Source: Candidatus Nanopelagicales bacterium
GTDB taxonomy: Bacteria > Actinomycetota > Actinomycetes > S36-B12 > UBA5976
NCBI GenBank assembly: GCA_044341215.1
Contig: JBIISC010000001.1
Span: 40,010 to 104,009, forward strand
DNA length: 64,000 nt
Reading direction: 5' to 3'
Every line of letters starts with the position of its first letter. Position 1 is the stretch's first letter. Below the pieces are notes generated by a model. That model did not search any database. It saw only the letters and a list, made by a program, of their open reading frames with translations, and was not told the origin of the DNA. The position numbers and the translations under genes are program-made. Shown piece by piece: positions 20,070 through 29,637 of this stretch.

Positions 20070-21007
20070 TGGTTTTGCGAAACTTCATTTAAAGCGGCGT
20101 AAATTTGCTCTGGCAACTCTGAATTGAGCGCGTGCAAGATTGTGCGCAATTGGGCTGCGTTACGTGCTCCCGTTATCGCAGAGGTTACGCCTGGGTTTTG
20201 CAAGACCCATAGAAGTGCCAACTCCAACGACGTGCAACCCAATCCACTGGCAGCCGTTGATAACGCTTCGACAGTCTTTTGGTTTGAGTCGGTGAGCATC
20301 GAGCGAACGAATTGTCCTAAGTGCGGGGAAGCTGCTCGGCTGTCTGCTGGAATACTGTTTCGATATTTGCCCGTTAAAACGCCACGACCAAGTGGTGACC
20401 AAGCAAAGAATCCTAATTTTAGGTGGGCGAGAGCATTGAAAATTTCTGATTCTGGATCACGCTTTATTAGCGAATATTCATTCTGCGTACCTATGAAGCG
20501 ACTACTAGAAATTTTTTCAGACAAATACGTGATCTGCCAAGCTGAAAAATTTGAGACCGCAACATATCGCGCCTTATTTGAATCGAGAATATGTAAAACG
20601 TTCTCAGCTACTGCATCTAATGGGGTCTGGATGTCATGCGCATGGAGAAAGTAGATATCGACAAAATCTAGGTTCAAACGCTCTAGGGATGAATCTAGAG
20701 CTTTAGATAAATAGATATGTGTATTGTTGATTGATCTTTCCGCGTTACGGATACGTCCGCCTTTAGTCGCTATGACCAAGTCTTGCCGATTGATCAGATC
20801 ATTTTCAGCTATGAATTGCCCAAGTAGTTTTTCAGAATTCCCATCAGAGTAAACGTCAGCGGTGTCGATGTATGTACCGCCGTCTTGTACAAATAAATCA
20901 AATTGCTCGCGGGCTTCATATTCATCGGTATCCCGACCCCAGGTCATGGTTCCTAAACCAATTTCGCTGATTTCTAGCCCGCAATTTGCAATCACTCGTG
21001 ATTTCAC
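20066..21007 (-). CDS. Aldo/keto reductase
   Basis: AKR N-terminus (LEISEIGLGTMTWG), DTADVYS, and 313 aa. Confidence 0.85.
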   Translation of the reverse strand: MKSRVIANCGLEISEIGLGTMTWGRDTDEYEAREQFDLFVQDGGTYIDTADVYSDGNSEKLLGQFIAENDLINRQDLVIATKGGRIRNAERSINNTHIYLSKALDSSLERLNLDFVDIYFLHAHDIQTPLDAVAENVLHILDSNKARYVAVSNFSAWQITYLSEKISSSRFIGTQNEYSLIKRDPESEIFNALAHLKLGFFAWSPLGRGVLTGKYRNSIPADSRAASPHLGQFVRSMLTDSNQKTVEALSTAASGLGCTSLELALLWVLQNPGVTSAITGARNAAQLRTILHALNSELPEQIYAALNEVSQNH

Positions 21008-21074
21008 AGTGACAGCCTAGGGATGTGTGCGGGATAAGTTAGGTAGGCTCCCAAATACTGACTAGATTTGGCAG

Positions 21075-21902
21075 GTGAGTGAATGGTTTATAGCTGTCTT
21101 TTTAGGCGTTGTGCAGGGATTAACTGAGTTTCTTCCTATTTCTTCTACAGCACATATATTTCTGATCTCGGAAATCTTTGGCTGGGGTGATCCTGGTGCT
21201 GCCTTTACCGCTGTTATCCAATTGGGCACCGAAGCGGCTGTTCTAATCTATTTTTGGCGAGACATTTCGCACTTGTTGGTTACATTCTTAAAGTCTCTTA
21301 CCAACAAGGCTGTTCGAAGAACTCAAGATGCTACGTTGGCTTGGGCCTTGGTTCTTGGAAGTCTTCCAATCGGTGTTGCTGGTTATCTGTTTAAAGGTTT
21401 TATTGAAAAAGATGTTCGGAACGTGTGGGTTGTGGCTTCAGCTCTAATAATTTTCGGATTCGTGCTAATTTTTGTAGAGCGGTTTGCATTCCCTCGTAAA
21501 TCTAAAATGACCATTGGCACCGGTCTTTTCATGGGGCTCGCACAAACACTTGCCTTGATTCCTGGGGTATCAAGATCAGGCGCAACTATCTCCGCAGGTA
21601 TCGCAATTGGTTTGGAACGAAAAACCGCTACCCGGTACGCCTTTTTACTTGCAGTTCCGGCAGTGTTCGCATCAGGTATGTATGAATTGAGATCGGCATT
21701 ATCTGAAGATGTCCTTGCCGATATAAGTTTCAGTTGGGCACAAATCTTAGTTGCAACCAGTGTTTCATTTACGGTCGGTCTTTTTGTTATCGCTGGGCTA
21801 ATGCGCTTTTTATCGAAATACACATTTAGTGTTTTTGGTTATTACAGAATTGCATTGGGCGTGATTTTGTTAGCCCTCGCATCGTCAGGATTGATTGTCT
21901 AA
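21075..21902 (+). CDS. uppP: Undecaprenyl-diphosphate phosphatase
   Basis: GLTEFLPISSTAH motif, SRSGATI motif, eight TM segments. Confidence 0.92.
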   Translation: MSEWFIAVFLGVVQGLTEFLPISSTAHIFLISEIFGWGDPGAAFTAVIQLGTEAAVLIYFWRDISHLLVTFLKSLTNKAVRRTQDATLAWALVLGSLPIGVAGYLFKGFIEKDVRNVWVVASALIIFGFVLIFVERFAFPRKSKMTIGTGLFMGLAQTLALIPGVSRSGATISAGIAIGLERKTATRYAFLLAVPAVFASGMYELRSALSEDVLADISFSWAQILVATSVSFTVGLFVIAGLMRFLSKYTFSVFGYYRIALGVILLALASSGLIV

Positions 21903-22445
21903 ATGCGTGAAGTATTTGAGTTCCACCTACCATCAAGATTTGTTGTCGGAACGGTTGGGCCAGTTGATGAACGAGAATTTTTCATCCAAGCCAAGGACGA
22001 CAAGCGGCTAGTAACTATTGCTTTGGAGGACACCCAGGCAGATGTTTTGTCACAAGGTTTAGATCGCATTTTGGATGAACTGCTAAAAATGGGTGTGGAT
22101 GTGCCTGTATCAGACCCACCCGATTTGGATCTAGAAGCTCTAAGTCAGCCTATTGATCTGGAATTCGGAGCTCAATCTATGGGTCTGGCATGGAACGAAT
22201 TGACCCAACTTGTCACCTTGGAAATTAATGGCGAGTGGCATTCGGAAGATATTCCTGACGTTGAATCCGACGAACCTGATGGGCCACCTTGTTTGCGAGT
22301 TCGGCTAAGTTTGAAACAGGCCAGAGCATTCATTGTTCGGACTAATCGCATCTTGGCTTTCGGCGCTAAACCTTGCCAATACTGTCAATTACCTCTAGAG
22401 CCAGCAGGACACATTTGTCCTCGCGCCAATGGCTACCGACGTTAG
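21903..22445 (+). CDS. DUF3090 family protein (three-Cys C-terminal motif)
   Basis: 180-aa acidic protein ending CQYCQLPLEPAGHICPRANGY. Lies between uppP and mshC, as in mycobacterial synteny. Confidence 0.65.
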   Translation: MREVFEFHLPSRFVVGTVGPVDEREFFIQAKDDKRLVTIALEDTQADVLSQGLDRILDELLKMGVDVPVSDPPDLDLEALSQPIDLEFGAQSMGLAWNELTQLVTLEINGEWHSEDIPDVESDEPDGPPCLRVRLSLKQARAFIVRTNRILAFGAKPCQYCQLPLEPAGHICPRANGYRR

Positions 22446-22460
22446 ATACTCTTACATCTT

Positions 22461-23681
22461 ATGAAGTCATGGAGCTCAGTAGCGTTGCCTGAAATACCAG
22501 GTGCTGGAATCGCTCCGCTTCTGAGCGATGTTGCATCAGGGGAGATGTTCAATCCGGTCGTGGACTGCCAAGCGTCCATCTATGTTTGCGGCATCACCCC
22601 TTACGACTCCACCCATATTGGTCATGCAGCAACGTATGTAAATTTTGACTTGCTAAAAAGGGTTTGGCTCGATGCTGGATATTTTGTCAATCATGTGCAA
22701 AATGTCACCGACATCGACGATCCGCTTTTCGAACGCGCAGCAAAGATTGGTGTTCCTTGGCAGGAGATTGCCAATCGCGAGATTAAACGATACGCAGACG
22801 ACATGGTTGCGTTGCGTGTATTGCCACCAGATCATTACGCAACAATCACAGAAGAGTTTTCGACAATCGTTAAAGCCATCCAAGAAATGCTCAAGATGGA
22901 TATCGCTTACGTTCTTGAAAACGATATATATTTCGACATTTCTGCGAGTTCCAAACTTGGATTTGTTTCACACTTTAATTTTGACGAAATGAAGCATCTT
23001 TTTGCTGCGCGGGGTGGAGACCCTGAAAGAGCTAACAAGCGCAATGTCCTAGATCCAATTCTTTGGAAACAATGTCTAGGTGAAGATGGATTCGATTCAG
23101 AATTGGGTAAAGGCCGGCCAGGCTGGCATGTTGAATGCGTTGCGATCGCTAACAAGTTTTCATCTTTGCCATTGTCTGTAAAGGCCGGTGGAAGCGACTT
23201 GATTTTCCCACACCATGACATGTGTCAAACGCAATGCAATTCCTGGTTACACGCAAATTTAGCTAACTCATATATTTATGCTGGAATGGTTTACTACCAA
23301 GGTGAAAAGATGAGCAAATCGTTGGGCAATCTGGTTTTCGTGAGCGATCTACTCGCAGCAGGTGTTGACCCGATGGCCATAAGACTGACGATTCTTACTA
23401 ATCATTACTCACAAGAGTGGCATTGGAGTGATGAATTGTTAGCAAAGTCCAACAACAGACTTAACAATTGGCGCGAAGCATTAGCCTTGGAAAACACTGT
23501 TGAGCCAGAAAACTTGTTATTGAGCATTCGTACTTTCTTAGCTAACGACTTAGACACACCGTCTGCAATATCAGCCATTGACTCCTGGGCGTCACAAACT
23601 TTGCAAGGCAAAGGCAGTACTCATGGCGGAGCTGGCCTTGTAGGTAGAACACTCGACAAATTATTCGGAATAGCACTCTAG
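22461..23681 (+). CDS. mshC: L-cysteine:1D-myo-inositol 2-amino-2-deoxy-alpha-D-glucopyranoside ligase (mycothiol ligase)
   Basis: Class I aaRS-like HIGH (THIGHA) and KMSKS motifs. At 406 aa it is shorter than CysS, and it has the uppP/DUF3090 neighbourhood. Confidence 0.8.
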   Translation: MKSWSSVALPEIPGAGIAPLLSDVASGEMFNPVVDCQASIYVCGITPYDSTHIGHAATYVNFDLLKRVWLDAGYFVNHVQNVTDIDDPLFERAAKIGVPWQEIANREIKRYADDMVALRVLPPDHYATITEEFSTIVKAIQEMLKMDIAYVLENDIYFDISASSKLGFVSHFNFDEMKHLFAARGGDPERANKRNVLDPILWKQCLGEDGFDSELGKGRPGWHVECVAIANKFSSLPLSVKAGGSDLIFPHHDMCQTQCNSWLHANLANSYIYAGMVYYQGEKMSKSLGNLVFVSDLLAAGVDPMAIRLTILTNHYSQEWHWSDELLAKSNNRLNNWREALALENTVEPENLLLSIRTFLANDLDTPSAISAIDSWASQTLQGKGSTHGGAGLVGRTLDKLFGIAL

Positions 23682-23690
23682 GAGATAAAG

Positions 23691-25280
23691 ATGAGTTGGG
23701 ACAAAGTAGCAAAACAATCAGAACGATTGAAGCAGACGACTATTCGTGAGCTTTTCGATAAGAATCCTAAGAGGCCAGATCAACTAAGTGCGCAAGCTGT
23801 CGACTTATTCTTTGACTTCTCCAAACACATTATTGACGATGAATCTTTAAGCACATTGCAAAATTTGGCTAAAGAAAGAAATGTTCGTGAAGGCATTAAC
23901 AGAATGTTCTCTGGACAAAAGATCAATGTCACAGAGAATCGGTCTGTTTTACATACGGCGCTTCGTAAACCTAAAGGACAAACCCTCATTGTTGACGGCC
24001 AAGATGTAGTAGCTGATGTTCACCTCATACTTTCTCGAATGCGCGAATTCTCCAAGGCTCTTCGAAACGGAGAGATAACTGGAGCTAATGGGCAAGAAAT
24101 CAAGCATGTGGTCAATATTGGGATTGGTGGGTCTGACCTAGGGCCCGTGATGGCATTCGAAGCTTTGAAACATTACGTCACCAAAGAACTAGATTTTCAC
24201 TTTGTATCTAACGTTGACGGGGCCGACATTCACGAAGTTTTGATCAAAATCGATCCAGCGAAAACACTTTTCATAGTCGCCAGTAAAACCTTTACAACCA
24301 GCGAAACGATGACAAATGCCAACACTGCGAAGAAGTGGTTAGAAGACAATCTTGGTTCGTCTTTTGACGCTAATAATCACTTTGTTGCATTGAGCACGAA
24401 CGCAGAGTTAGTCACCAAATTTGGGGTTAGTGAGCAACGCACATTCGGTTTCTGGGACTGGGTGGGAGGACGATTTAGCTTAGAGAGCGCAATAGGTCTA
24501 TCAACCATGATCGCAATCGGCCCTGAAGCGTTCGATGAAATGTTAAGCGGCTTTCATGCGATGGACGAATACTTCGCGAATACTGAAATTGAAAGCAATG
24601 TTATTGTGACAATGGCGTTACTAACCGTTTGGTATCGAAATTTCTTTGATGCTCAATCACATGCTGTTCTTCCATATGAAAATTACCTAAAGAGGTTTCC
24701 TGCATACTTGCAGCAACTTCTTATGGAGAGTAATGGTAAGTCTGTTACTTTGGATGGCAAAAAGGTTGACTATCAAACAAGCCCAATCTATTGGGGTGAG
24801 CCTGGCACCAATGGGCAACACTCATTTCATCAAATGCTCCATCAAGGAACAGCCTTAGTGCCAGTAGATTTCATTTTTGGAGCTAAACCGGTTTCTAACA
24901 TTGGAAACCACCACACTCTTTTGTTGGCGAATGTTCTAGCCCAATCAAGCGTGCTTGCATTTGGCAAGACAGCTGCAGAGATTGCTGCCGAGGGCACAAG
25001 AGCTGAACTTGTCGAACATAAAGTTATGCCAGGTAACCGACCATCTACTGTGATTATTTATCCAAAACTCAACCCTAGTGTGCTGGGACAACTTGTTGCG
25101 CTTTATGAACATGTAACACTCGTCCAAGGAATAATTTGGAACGTAGGATCATTTGATCAATGGGGAGTGGAATTAGGCAAAAATGTTGCGGGTTCGATTA
25201 CGCCAGCACTTGAAAATGGCGACACATCATCGTTAGATCTATCGACAGCAAGCTTGGTTGCAAAAATACGTAGTTACTGA
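23691..25280 (+). CDS. pgi: Glucose-6-phosphate isomerase
   Basis: PGI signature DWVGGRFSLESAIGLS; 529 aa. Confidence 0.93.
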   Translation: MSWDKVAKQSERLKQTTIRELFDKNPKRPDQLSAQAVDLFFDFSKHIIDDESLSTLQNLAKERNVREGINRMFSGQKINVTENRSVLHTALRKPKGQTLIVDGQDVVADVHLILSRMREFSKALRNGEITGANGQEIKHVVNIGIGGSDLGPVMAFEALKHYVTKELDFHFVSNVDGADIHEVLIKIDPAKTLFIVASKTFTTSETMTNANTAKKWLEDNLGSSFDANNHFVALSTNAELVTKFGVSEQRTFGFWDWVGGRFSLESAIGLSTMIAIGPEAFDEMLSGFHAMDEYFANTEIESNVIVTMALLTVWYRNFFDAQSHAVLPYENYLKRFPAYLQQLLMESNGKSVTLDGKKVDYQTSPIYWGEPGTNGQHSFHQMLHQGTALVPVDFIFGAKPVSNIGNHHTLLLANVLAQSSVLAFGKTAAEIAAEGTRAELVEHKVMPGNRPSTVIIYPKLNPSVLGQLVALYEHVTLVQGIIWNVGSFDQWGVELGKNVAGSITPALENGDTSSLDLSTASLVAKIRSY

Positions 25281-26101
25281 CCGCGCCTGCGTAAATATCG
25301 TTCAAACTCGTCTGCAATAGAGTCAGTTTCTTCGGTAGGCTCTTGAGTGTCTTCTAGTTGCGAGATATATGTTGCAAGCTCTTCATCGTCTGCAGCTAAA
25401 GCGTCAACTTCCTTTTCCCATTCGGCTGCTGCCTCAGTCAGATCTTCTAGTTCAACTGCGATGTCGAGAAGTTCTTCGATAGAAGAAAGTAAAGCCAATG
25501 TAGCTTTGGGACAATTTGTACCGGCAACATAGTGGGGAACCTGAGCCCATAGAGAACCGGCCGGTATTTCATTACGGGAAAATATGTCGACGACTACGCC
25601 GATGATTCCGGTAGGTCCGGTGTAATCAGATTCAGAAAATACTTTGTCTTCCAAAAATTCATTATCGCTAGAAGTGGCGATGACAGGGATTGGTCGATTG
25701 TGCGATATCTCACTGAGCAAAGCTCCGATAGCTACGAGTTTAACAACACCTAAATCTTTCGCGATTTGCAAAATTTCTTGAGCGAAACTGCGCCACCGCA
25801 TATTCGGTTCAATACCGCGAATAATGACGACGTCATTTTCACCTTTAGGCTGTCGTGCAATGTGAATGGTAGTCGATGGCCATTCAATAAAACGTTCGCT
25901 GTTTTCCAAAGTTGTAACGAATGGACGATTCACTTGAAAGTCGTAGTAAAGCTCGGGATCTAATTCGCTATGTAATGCCGCATCCCAAACATCAGTCAGG
26001 TGGTCTAATGCAGCACTTGCCGAATTGCCGGCATCGTTCCAGCCTTCAAAGGCCAGCAGTAGAACTGGGTCTTTGAGCGGGCGATCTAGTCGATTTTCCA
26101 C
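25274..26101 (-). CDS. PAC2 (proteasome assembly chaperone 2-like) family protein
   Basis: LLLAFEGWNDAGNSASAALDHL N-terminal motif and an acidic C-terminal tail. Divergent from metH, as I recall for Rv2125/Rv2124c. Confidence 0.75.
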   Translation of the reverse strand: MENRLDRPLKDPVLLLAFEGWNDAGNSASAALDHLTDVWDAALHSELDPELYYDFQVNRPFVTTLENSERFIEWPSTTIHIARQPKGENDVVIIRGIEPNMRWRSFAQEILQIAKDLGVVKLVAIGALLSEISHNRPIPVIATSSDNEFLEDKVFSESDYTGPTGIIGVVVDIFSRNEIPAGSLWAQVPHYVAGTNCPKATLALLSSIEELLDIAVELEDLTEAAAEWEKEVDALAADDEELATYISQLEDTQEPTEETDSIADEFERYLRRRGQ

Positions 26102-26153
26102 CTCACTCCTTTCGACGAACCTATGGCAACCTTAGCCAAGTAAACTTGGGGCT

Positions 26154-29100
26154 ATGCGTGAAACCCGTAATGACTTGCGAAAGGCCCTCTCAGAGCGGGT
26201 ATTGATAGCCGATGGCGCCATGGGAACCATGCTCCAAGCGGCCAATCCCAGTTTGGACGATTTTCAAGGATTTGAGGGTTGCAACGAGGTTTTGAACATA
26301 ACTCGCCCCGACATCGTTTCTAGCGTGCACAGCGCTTACCTAGAGGTCGGAGTTGACCTCATTGAAACCAATACATTTGGGGCAAATTGGGCAAATTTAT
26401 TGGAATATGAAATTCCAGAGAGAATCTATGAATACAACTTGGCAGCAGCAAGAATTGCAAAAGAAACCACCAACTCGTTCTCAACTAAAGATCACCCTCG
26501 TTTCGTAGTTGGTTCGATCGGACCTGGTACAAAGTTGCCTTCCCTTGGCCACACAACTTTTGCGAACTTAAGAGATAACTATCAAGAACAAGCGCGTGGA
26601 CTCATCGACGGTGGAGCGGATGCTCTGCTGATTGAAACCAGCCAAGATTTATTACAAACCAAATCAGCCGTGATTGGTGCGATGAGGGCCAAAAAATATT
26701 TAGGAATCGACATTCCAGTGTGGGCACAAGTAACCGTCGAGACAACCGGCACAATGTTGCTCGGTTCTGAAATTGGTGCAGCTCTAACAACGCTAGCACC
26801 ACTTGGAATTGAAATTATTGGATTGAATTGCGCAACAGGTCCACTCGAAATGAGTGAGCACCTGCGTTACTTGTCGCAAAACTCGAATATCGCACTGTCG
26901 GCTATGCCAAACGCCGGTTTACCAGTTCTGACTCGCGATGGCTCTTTTTATCCGCTATCACCAGAAGAATTAGCTTTAGCGCATGAACAATTCGTAGAAA
27001 ACTATGGCCTATCTCTAATTGGTGGATGTTGTGGGACTACTCCCGAGCATCTCAAAGCAGTTGTTGAGAAATTACGTGGTCGATCAATTCCGACTCGCCA
27101 GATAAACAACGAACCAAGCTCATCGTCACTTTATGTCTCAGTCCCATTCAAACAAGAGAATTCCTACCTTTCAATTGGTGAACGAACAAACGCAACTGGT
27201 TCCAAAGCATTTCGTGACGCATTGTTGGCAAATGATTTTGAAAAATGCGTAGACATTGCTAAAGCACAGATTCGAGAAGGTGCTCATCTACTCGATTTGA
27301 ACATTGACTATGTAGGCAGAGACGGCGTTGAAGACATGCGATCACTGTCTGCGTTGTTTGCAACTACTAGCACTTTGCCAATCGTGCTCGATTCAACCGA
27401 ACCTGCGGTTTTGCAAGCTGGGCTCGAAAGCCTTGGTGGTAGAGCAGTTGTTAATAGTGTGAATTACGAAGACGGCGATGGGCCAACGTCACGTTTCCAA
27501 CGCACTATGGAGTTAGTGAGTGAGCACGGAGCTGCAGTTGTTGCTCTAACGATTGATGAAACCGGCATGGCAAGAACTTGCGACCATAAAGTCGCTGTGG
27601 CAACACGTCTAATCCAGGATCTCTGTGACAACTGGAACATGCAAATACCAGACATTATGGTTGACGCTCTGACCTTCCCAATTGTCACTGGACAGGAAGA
27701 AACCAGGCGCGACGGACTCGAAACCTTAGATGCGATTCAAAAGATATCGGCTAAGTTCCCAGGCATTCAAACAGTTCTTGGCCTTTCCAATGTCTCATTC
27801 GGATTAAATCCTGCCGCTCGACAGGTTCTAAACAGTGTTTTCTTGCTCGAAGCAGTCTCTAGGGGCTTAACCGCAGCGATTGTTCATCCTTCAAAGATCT
27901 TGCCACTTAGCAAAATTCCGAAAGAGCAAATTGACGCTGCATTGGATTTAATTTACGACAAGCGTGTGTTTGTGAACGATATTTGCACCTTCGACCCTTT
28001 GTCGAATTTCCTCGATTTATTTGAGAATGTAGATGCACAAAATACTTCCAAGAATCGTTTACAAGACCTACTTGCTCTACCTTTATTTGAAAGACTTTCA
28101 CAAAGAATCATTGATGGCGAGAAAGAGGGTCTAGAAGAAGACTTATCGCTTGCATTAAGCCAGAAACCTGCCTTAGCTATCGTCAATGAGAACCTGCTTG
28201 ATGGAATGAAAACTGTAGGGGAGCGCTTCGGTGCAGGCACGATGCAACTTCCATTCGTACTGCAAAGCGCCGAAGTTATGAAATTTGCTGTTTCAATACT
28301 TGAACCACATATGGAAAAGTCAAATGAAAACGGAAAAGGCACGATGGTGTTAGCAACCGTAAAGGGTGACGTGCACGATATTGGTAAGAATTTGGTAGAC
28401 ATCATTTTAACCAACAACGGTTACAACGTTGTCAATATCGGTATCAAACAACCTGTTAATGCAATTATAGATAGCGCAATCGAAAACGATGCTGATGTAA
28501 TCGGTATGTCCGGGTTGTTAGTCAAATCAACAGTAATCATGAAAGAAAATCTTCAAGAGTTAAACACCAGAAATCTCGCTGAGCGATTCCCGGTGATTCT
28601 AGGCGGCGCAGCGCTGACAAGAACATTTGTTGAAGATGATTTACATTCAATTTATGGAGGCGAAGTTCGCTACGCAAAAGATGCATTTGAAGGCCTTCGT
28701 CTAATGGATACATTGATGGCTATCAAACGAGGCGAATCAAATGTTTCACTACCAGATCTGAAAAAGCGCCGCATCCAAAATTTGTCTGACACTGCAAACG
28801 AAGTGATTGACGAAGTGCGATCGGAGATCTCTTCCGATAATCCGGTTCCAGCCCCGCCATTTTTTGGTTCTCGGGTGGTCAAGGGCTTCCCGCTAAACGA
28901 TTTCGTCTCCTACTTGGACGAACGCTCATTATTTTTGGGTCAATGGGGCTTAAAGCCTTCTAGAAGTGAAGATGGTGCTTCATATGATGAACTCGTTGAA
29001 ACTGAGGGACGACCACGACTGAGATACTGGTTGGACCGGATTGCGAGCGAACAAATTCTTGAACCCGCGGTTGTTTACGGGTATTTCCCCGCTTACAGTC

Positions 29101-29633
29101 AGGGCAACAGCATTTTCGTAACAGATCCAAAAGACGAAAAACAGCACGAATTCAATTTCCCGCGTCAAGGACGCGATCGTCGCCTATGTCTCGCTGACTT
29201 CGTTAAACCATCTGACGGTAAAGATTTCATCGCGCTCCACGTGGTAACTATGGGTAGCAAAGTGTCTGCAGTAGCAAACGAGCTGTTCAAAGCGAATGAT
29301 TACCGAAATTATGTAGAGCTCCACGGACTTTCAGTAGCGCTGACCGAAGCATTAGCCGAGTATTGGCATGCACGAGTTCGGCAAGAGCTTGGAATCGACG
29401 AATCTGACTCTTCACAATTGAGCGAGATTCTGAAACAGAAGTATCAAGGGGAACGCTTTTCATTTGGATATCCGGCTTGTCCAGAACTCGCTCATCAAAC
29501 CGACTTGGTTAAGTTACTCGACGCCAATCGAATTGGAGTTGAGGTTTCCGAAGAATTGCAACTGCATCCTGAACAGAGCACGTCTGCAATTATTTTTCAT
29601 CATCCAGATGCAGCGTATTTCAATGCGCAATAA
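26154..29633 (+). CDS. metH: Cobalamin-dependent methionine synthase
   Basis: Hcy-binding GGCCGTTPEH, B12-binding DVHDIGKN (DxHxxG), and a C-terminal AdoMet activation domain; 1159 aa. Confidence 0.95.
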   Translation: MRETRNDLRKALSERVLIADGAMGTMLQAANPSLDDFQGFEGCNEVLNITRPDIVSSVHSAYLEVGVDLIETNTFGANWANLLEYEIPERIYEYNLAAARIAKETTNSFSTKDHPRFVVGSIGPGTKLPSLGHTTFANLRDNYQEQARGLIDGGADALLIETSQDLLQTKSAVIGAMRAKKYLGIDIPVWAQVTVETTGTMLLGSEIGAALTTLAPLGIEIIGLNCATGPLEMSEHLRYLSQNSNIALSAMPNAGLPVLTRDGSFYPLSPEELALAHEQFVENYGLSLIGGCCGTTPEHLKAVVEKLRGRSIPTRQINNEPSSSSLYVSVPFKQENSYLSIGERTNATGSKAFRDALLANDFEKCVDIAKAQIREGAHLLDLNIDYVGRDGVEDMRSLSALFATTSTLPIVLDSTEPAVLQAGLESLGGRAVVNSVNYEDGDGPTSRFQRTMELVSEHGAAVVALTIDETGMARTCDHKVAVATRLIQDLCDNWNMQIPDIMVDALTFPIVTGQEETRRDGLETLDAIQKISAKFPGIQTVLGLSNVSFGLNPAARQVLNSVFLLEAVSRGLTAAIVHPSKILPLSKIPKEQIDAALDLIYDKRVFVNDICTFDPLSNFLDLFENVDAQNTSKNRLQDLLALPLFERLSQRIIDGEKEGLEEDLSLALSQKPALAIVNENLLDGMKTVGERFGAGTMQLPFVLQSAEVMKFAVSILEPHMEKSNENGKGTMVLATVKGDVHDIGKNLVDIILTNNGYNVVNIGIKQPVNAIIDSAIENDADVIGMSGLLVKSTVIMKENLQELNTRNLAERFPVILGGAALTRTFVEDDLHSIYGGEVRYAKDAFEGLRLMDTLMAIKRGESNVSLPDLKKRRIQNLSDTANEVIDEVRSEISSDNPVPAPPFFGSRVVKGFPLNDFVSYLDERSLFLGQWGLKPSRSEDGASYDELVETEGRPRLRYWLDRIASEQILEPAVVYGYFPAYSQGNSIFVTDPKDEKQHEFNFPRQGRDRRLCLADFVKPSDGKDFIALHVVTMGSKVSAVANELFKANDYRNYVELHGLSVALTEALAEYWHARVRQELGIDESDSSQLSEILKQKYQGERFSFGYPACPELAHQTDLVKLLDANRIGVEVSEELQLHPEQSTSAIIFHHPDAAYFNAQ

Positions 29634-29637
29634 GCCA

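Noticed and set aside
20124-20654. 176-aa plus-strand ORF opposite the aldo/keto reductase gene.
   Set aside because: The minus-strand AKR frame has family motifs over its full length. The plus-strand product has no recognisable features.
22461-23681. Possibility that this HIGH/KMSKS enzyme is cysteinyl-tRNA synthetase (cysS) rather than mshC.
   Set aside because: At 406 aa it lacks the C-terminal anticodon-binding extension length of CysS. It also sits in the uppP/DUF3090 neighbourhood characteristic of mshC. A residual chance of cysS remains and is reflected in the confidence.
26102-26153. Looked for a cobalamin or SAM riboswitch in front of metH.
   Set aside because: Only 52 bp are available, with no B12-box-like or SAM-aptamer-like sequence. 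That is too short for either class.
27953-28417. 154-aa ORF antisense to metH.
   Set aside because: It lies inside an unambiguous 1159-aa metH frame. It has no motifs, no start context and a biased composition.
29464-29637. 58-codon N-terminal extension of the M50 protease ORF overlapping the 3' end of metH.
   Set aside because: The extension lies in an alternative frame of the conserved metH C-terminus. The ATGs at 29623 and 29638 sit at the metH stop and are followed directly by the first TM segment.
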